Shown one piece after another: positions 57,638 through 64,000 of a stretch of 64,000 nucleotides of DNA; position 1 is the stretch's first letter; the number at the start of each line of letters is the position of its first letter. Below the pieces are notes generated by a model that had not been told where the DNA came from, did not search any database, and saw nothing but the letters and a program-made list of their open reading frames with translations. The stretch is from contig OX597819.1 in NCBI GenBank assembly GCA_951406725.2, positions 65,224,001 to 65,288,000 on the forward strand, given 5' to 3'. A program made the translations under genes and the position numbers. The DNA comes from Octopus vulgaris (taxonomy: Eukaryota).

Positions 57638-59113
57638 TATATGACAATGTGTGTATATATATGTGTATAATATATTCTCATTGAGTGAATTACAGCATCT
57701 TTAGTGGAATTTCATTAATCTGATTATATTACTGATGTAGTCACCTACCGCAAGGAAACTCCTTATTTGCTTTAAACTATCGTATTTACTTACGAACGAT
57801 AGTTTGGTATACGGTGTAATTCTGCATTGTTCCAATGTGAACAGTCCTACGAATAATCCATCGAGTGAGCTGTGCTGTTTAACGTACATATACAAGATTA
57901 TATAAAGAACTTCTTTTGTTTAAAGGCGTTTTGAAAGATTTCTGGTGCTATTTTTAAATCATATATTAGATTACGGTTAGCTTGAATTGTATCGAATATA
58001 TCGGGGGATTAGAAAAAATGTTATTTGCTTAATTTAAAGTATGATTGTTTAATGTAAAATAAATTGAAAATTCAACGGATGGCAGAATACAAAATATAAA
58101 ATATCTATATATTAATGCTAACTTGATTAATTCTCTAAGAGTTACCATTTACAAACTCGTAGCAAGTACTCATGCATGACTCCAAATGCCGTAAAAAAAT
58201 AGATGTAATAACCTGTTCAGATAATTCAGCAACAATTTTCATATTTATTAGCGATTAGCCTATTTTCTGAGTTTATGATGCATATCTTATCCTCTAAAAT
58301 ATATTATTTCTTAATCAATATCAAAATCTCTTAAATACATTCTAACACTGAAAATTATCTTGTACTTTTCTTGGCTTTCTCACAGAAGAATGATACATGA
58401 TTCCAGTGTGTAACCCTTGTTCCAAAAAACTTATATAGTTTTAACTCTTTGCAATAGGGTCATATAAGTAGAGTTGCTTCTTGATCAACGTCTCTCTACA
58501 ATTACTTAAAAATACTTCGAAGACCTCAATGGTTATCAGCACGGATACATTTAAAAACCATCTCCTCCGTGTATTAGCTAATACTGATTTAAGGTTTCGG
58601 TAAAAAGGCAGTAATTTCAGGGGAGGAAGTAAATTGATTATTCCGGCCCAAGATTTCAACTGGTACTTAATTTATTGACCCTGGAACGGTAAAGAGCAAG
58701 CAAAGTCAATGTAGAGCAGACTCGACCCCACCGGAATTTGGACACTGAAATAGTGAATGTCTAAGAGAACCTCGGCAGAATTTAAAATCAGAAAGTAATG
58801 ACCGACGAAATGCAACCTAATCTATTGTAAGTATTCTGCCAGATCACCGCCCTAATATTTGCTAATACTGATTTTAAATCTTGACGCAAGACCAGTAGTT
58901 CTGGAGCAGGGAGTAAGTCGATTACATCAACGCCAGTTCTCAACCGTTACCTGCTTTATTGACCCCAAAAGGACGAAGGGCAAAGTAGACCTTGGTGGAA
59001 CTTGAAATCAGAATGCAATGACGAACAGAATTCCACTAAGCATTTTGACCAGCATGCTAATGGTTCTGCCTGCTCGCCGCCTACACTTTAGCAATATTAA
59101 ATTGTGTATGTAT

Positions 59114-59329
59114 GGCGACGAGCTGGCAGAAACGTTAGCATGCCGGGCGAAATGCTTAGCAGAATTCCGTCTGTCTTCACGTACTGAGTTCAAATTCCGC
59201 AGAGTTCGACTTTGCCTTTCATCCTTTCTAGATCGATAAATTAAGTACCAGTTGCGTACTGGGTTCGATCTAATAGACCGGCCCCCTCCGCAAAAAATTC
59301 CGGGCCTTCTGCCTAGAGTCTAAGAGAAT
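59114..59329 (+). mobile_element. SINE family D with Nin-like central domain (other copies near 8632-8830, 10650-10780, 11620-11715, 42700-42875, 56270-56460, 56590-56730, 58590-59080, 60425-60570)
   Basis: GAGCTGGCAGAAACGTTAGC...GAGTTCAAATTCCG...GCCTTTCATCCTTTC..GATAAATTAAGTACCAG. Confidence 0.75.
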
Positions 59330-59776
59330 TTTAAATTCTGTAGGTATTCTAATCCTCTCTAGTTTCAACATAAACCTACTGTTAGGGTCCTGAAAAACTC
59401 TGACAGTATATACATTTTTTGACAAGGAATGATAAAAACGATAACCTAAACAAGGATAGAATCTTTAGTAAATATGGGAAGCCGAACATTAATAAATACT
59501 GTGACATTAATGCTAGTATACTTCTTGCAAAACCTAATTAATTTGACAATCAGTTAAGATGTCTCACCTAAAGAGAAGCCTCTATGATTTTAAAGGATCA
59601 GATTTCCATTTTGGCAAACAGACCTGCCTGTTGTTTTATAAACTCCACTAAGGCAAAGACTGGGTTAGTAGCTAAAAAATCAAAAAGCAACAAAAAATAT
59701 ACGAAAACAAATGGTTATCATTAACAATAAAGTGCATAGAAATCATAGTATTAGGCACAGACGTAGGAGTGTGGTA

Positions 59777-60110
59777 GTGAGGGCGCGTGGCTTAGTGGTT
59801 AGGGCATTCGGCTCATGATCGTAAGGTTGTGAGTTCGATTCCCGGCGACGCGTTGTGTCCTTGAGCAAGACACTTTATTTCACGTTGCTCCAGTCCACTC
59901 AGCTGGCAAAAATGAGTTGTACTTGTATTTCAAAGGGTCAGCCTTGTCACTCTCTGTGTCACGCTGATTATCCCCGAGAACTACGTTAAGGGTACACGTG
60001 TCTGTGGAATGCTCAGCCATTTGCACGTTAATTTCACGAGCAAGCTGTTCCGTTGATCGTATCAGCTGGGACCCTCGTCGTCGTAACCGGCGGAGTCTTT
60101 TAAGTCTTTA
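59777..60110 (+). mobile_element. tRNA-derived SINE family B, full length, with 12-bp target-site duplication
   Basis: A box TGGCTTAGTGG, B box AGTTCGATTCC, GTGTCCTTGAGCAAGACACTT core; AGGAGTGTGGTA at 59765-59776 and 60111-60122. Confidence 0.85.
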
Positions 60111-60624
60111 AGGAGTGTGGTAACAAGCTTACTTCCCAGACAGATGCTGCTGTGTTTACGTCCCCGTAACTTAGCGGTTCTGTAAGAGAGACCAATAGAA
60201 TAAGTACTAGGCTCCCCCAAAAAGTCCTGGGTTCGATTTGCTCGAGTAAAGGCAGTGCATTAGTATGGCCGCAGCAAAGTGACTGAAGCTAGTAAAAGAG
60301 TAAATACATACATACATCATATATATATGACCGATGGAATGCATCTAAACATTAGTGACTCGCTATTGTAACTATTCTGCAAGATCTCCGCCCTTATAGT
60401 AGTTAATATTGATTTTTTTTTTGTCGTGGTGCAAGACCAGGAATTCTAGGGTAGTGAATAAGTCGATTACATCAACTTATTTTAACTTATACCTATCTTA
60501 TCGAACCTGAAGAATGAAGACCAAAGTTGTCCCCGGCGGAATTTGAAATCAAAGGCATAATGACGGACAAAATAACATATTTAAATCTGTAAATATATAT
60601 ATCTATAATATATATATATATATA

Positions 60625-60830
60625 TTTAATCCAAACACGAAAGCACAAAAAACACAACAACGCGAGGACGTGAAACAAATATAGTATTATTGGACGCTCA
60701 GGAAAGAAGGAAAGAAGGAGGGTTTAACGTTTCGAGCGGAGCTCTTCGTCGGAAACATAGGAGAAGGAAAGATCCAGAGAAGGGAAGACAGAGGAAAAAA
60801 ATCCCCAACGCTACGCACGTGGTTCTCAAT
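60625..60830 (-). mobile_element. Penelope-like pLTR fragment with minimal hammerhead-like motif (60722-60756)
   Basis: GUUU-CCGACGA-A-GAGC(UCC)GCUC-GAAAC-GUU|AAAC between (TA)n tracts; related truncated copy at 40460-40577. Confidence 0.55.
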
Positions 60831-60854
60831 ATATATATATATATATGCATATAT

Positions 60855-60905
<51 letters not shown>

Positions 60906-60950
60906 CATATATATATATACATACAGAGATACATATATATATATACATAC

Positions 60951-60981
<31 letters not shown>

Positions 60982-61076
60982 CATATACATATATATATAT
61001 ACATATACATACATATATATACATACATATACATATATATATATATACATATATACACACACATATATATATACAT

Positions 61077-61113
<37 letters not shown>

Positions 61114-61132
61114 CATATATATATATATATAC

Positions 61133-61165
<33 letters not shown>

Positions 61166-61181
61166 ATATATATATATATAC

Positions 61182-61250
<69 letters not shown>

Positions 61251-61324
61251 CATATATGTATATATATATATGCATATATATATACATATATATATATATA
61301 AGAAAATATCAAACTTATATATAT

Positions 61325-61360
<36 letters not shown>

Positions 61361-61428
61361 TATATATATATGCATATATATATACATATATACATATATA
61401 TACATATATATATATATATATACATATA

Positions 61429-61471
<43 letters not shown>

Positions 61472-61480
61472 TTATGCATA
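60828..61480. repeat. Long degenerate (TA)n/(TACA)n tract, representative of dozens in the window
   Basis: Direct reading. Confidence 0.95.
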
Positions 61481-62482
61481 TGTGAGAAAAAATAGGTTGA
61501 AAAAGAAAATTCAAACTTTTTGAGACATCCAAACAAAGAGAAAGAAAGAATGATTTCTAATAAAAATTCATTGTATTCAATAAAAAAAAAACAGCCAGAG
61601 CACGTAATAAGATTATGAAAATAATAATTGAAACATTTTCGTTATAGGTATAAATATACTTGTTTATGGTATATTTATACCAATAACGAAATTTTTCAAC
61701 TATAATGTATATATATATATTTATATACATTTATTACGTATATATGTATATATATACGTATGTGTGAGTCTTTGTGTCTTTGCTTACCCTCCTCCTTTGC
61801 TTGACTGCCTTTGTTGCGTTTATGTTCACGAGAGCAAGCGGTTCGGCAAAGACGTTGTTAAAATAAGTATCAGTCGTTCAAAAAACTAGCATCGGTAATA
61901 ATTAGTAAGATTGAAAATTCTTCAAGGCTGTACTCCGGTATGGCCGCAGATTAATAACTGGATAATGAGAATGAAAAAGTTAAAGCGATAAATAATCGTT
62001 AAAATGATTCCTCATCAAGTGGATTCAGATTTAGCCATGATTACAACTGTTTAAGATAAGAAAACAAGACATCGTAAAAGACAGATGAAAAGGAAAATGA
62101 ATCCACAATTTCCAATTTTAATTAAACCATAATTATTCAAGATTGAAAAAACAAATTACAGGACGCAAGACATAGCGTTTTAATAATACATTCCGACAGA
62201 ATGATTTGTAAATGTATGTATATATGTGTGAGTATTTGACCGCTCACGCGTACATGTGTGTATGCTTGTGTATGGGAGTGTGTTACGCTATGAGTTTGTG
62301 TTTCTCTTAATGTATCTTGTGGCCAGTATTAAAGGTAAGTTATCTGCTATGCTAATATGAAATTTATGTACATAACACATTCTTACAAGATGTTCCGATA
62401 ACGGATATATTTGTAAATAAATAAATTATACACACACACACATAGATATACATACATATATATATATATATATATTCGTATG

Positions 62483-62532
<50 letters not shown>

Positions 62533-62537
62533 CAAAC

Positions 62538-62569
<32 letters not shown>

Positions 62570-63137
62570 GTAGACTTACACATACATGGCTATATACATA
62601 TACATTTATATGCATGTTTAAACATATATGTGAATGATGTATGTATGTATGTATGTATGTATGTATGTATACACACATACATATATATCTCTTGTGATGT
62701 TTGCTATCTTGTCGCTCTAACTGAATGATTTCTATCCCTGCAAGGCTTACATAAAGATGTTTTCCTTTGGAATTCCGTAGGGGTTACAGCTGCTTACGGT
62801 TTCAAATGGTTTCTCTGTAGGGATTGCTGCTGTTTATTTAAAAAGAAATGAAAGTAACAAACACGAGACCTAAACACCCACATAGGGAAACATATTCTAG
62901 CGTACAGACATACAAAATGTAAGGAAAAGGAGAGTAGGGCGAAACATAGGAACAGAGATAGTGAGATGCGAATGCGTATGCGCATGCCTGCTTCTGTTCT
63001 CCAATAACTCCATTTTTTTCCTTAATCATAAAACCCTTGGGCACACGTTTCCAAGATGCTAAAATAATTACGTATGCCTACATATGTATTTGTGTGTTCA
63101 TGTGTCTGTGCGTGTGTACGTGTGTGCGTATATATAT

Positions 63138-63169
<32 letters not shown>

Positions 63170-63181
63170 GACGAGAAAGAG

Positions 63182-63237
<56 letters not shown>

Positions 63238-63279
63238 TGATGGATAGATAGATAGATAGATACATAGATACATAGATAA

Positions 63280-63311
<32 letters not shown>

Positions 63312-63322
63312 ATGTACGTATG

Positions 63323-63372
<50 letters not shown>

Positions 63373-63380
63373 GATACATA

Positions 63381-63432
<52 letters not shown>

Positions 63433-63611
63433 CATATATACACATATAGATAGATAGATAGATAGATACATAGATAAATATATATATATATGTGTGTGTG
63501 TATGTAAGTATGTATGTATGTGTGTATATATATATATATATGTATATATATGTATATATATATATAAACATATATATATATACATATATATATACATATA
63601 TATATATATAC

Positions 63612-63704
<93 letters not shown>

Positions 63705-64000
63705 CATCTGTATGTGTGTGTATGTTTGATCATTGAATTCTCCAAGCCATATTGTTTATGTTTTCAGGCAACATCCTTCGACCATCTGAAAACTGAATCT
63801 TTCAAACTCATACAGGATGAACTTAAAGCATTAATACCCGCTTTAACGTTTCGAAGTCTGCAATGTGTCCAATAGAGCTATTAACAATATACTATTGTGC
63901 TATTTTGTATCTATTCATCTAGTTATATTAGCTTATACTCGTATTTGATAAACTTGCACTTTTGTTGTAAATTCAAATGTAATACGTACTATTTAACCAA

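Overview
AT-rich, microsatellite-saturated eukaryotic non-coding DNA. The SINE families and (TA)n/(GATA)n/(CA)n density resemble an octopus (coleoid cephalopod) genome; this is inference from recognition, not a database result. No intact protein-coding gene is evident, and most listed ORFs are microsatellite translations. The window holds at least four tRNA-derived SINE families, decayed Tc1/mariner, R4/Dong-like, HERO-like and Penelope-like fragments, Helentron-like non-autonomous elements and many foldback elements. The main finding is a young tandem array (43001-45300) of a ~492-bp structured unit flanked by (TA)n. It carries five copies of a canonical type I hammerhead ribozyme on the minus strand with an unusual 68-nt stem II domain, making it a candidate retrozyme that could yield ~492-nt circular RNA. 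About ten further hammerhead-like motifs from several sequence families sit in foldback or pLTR-like elements, mostly beside (TA)n tracts. All folds were derived by eye.
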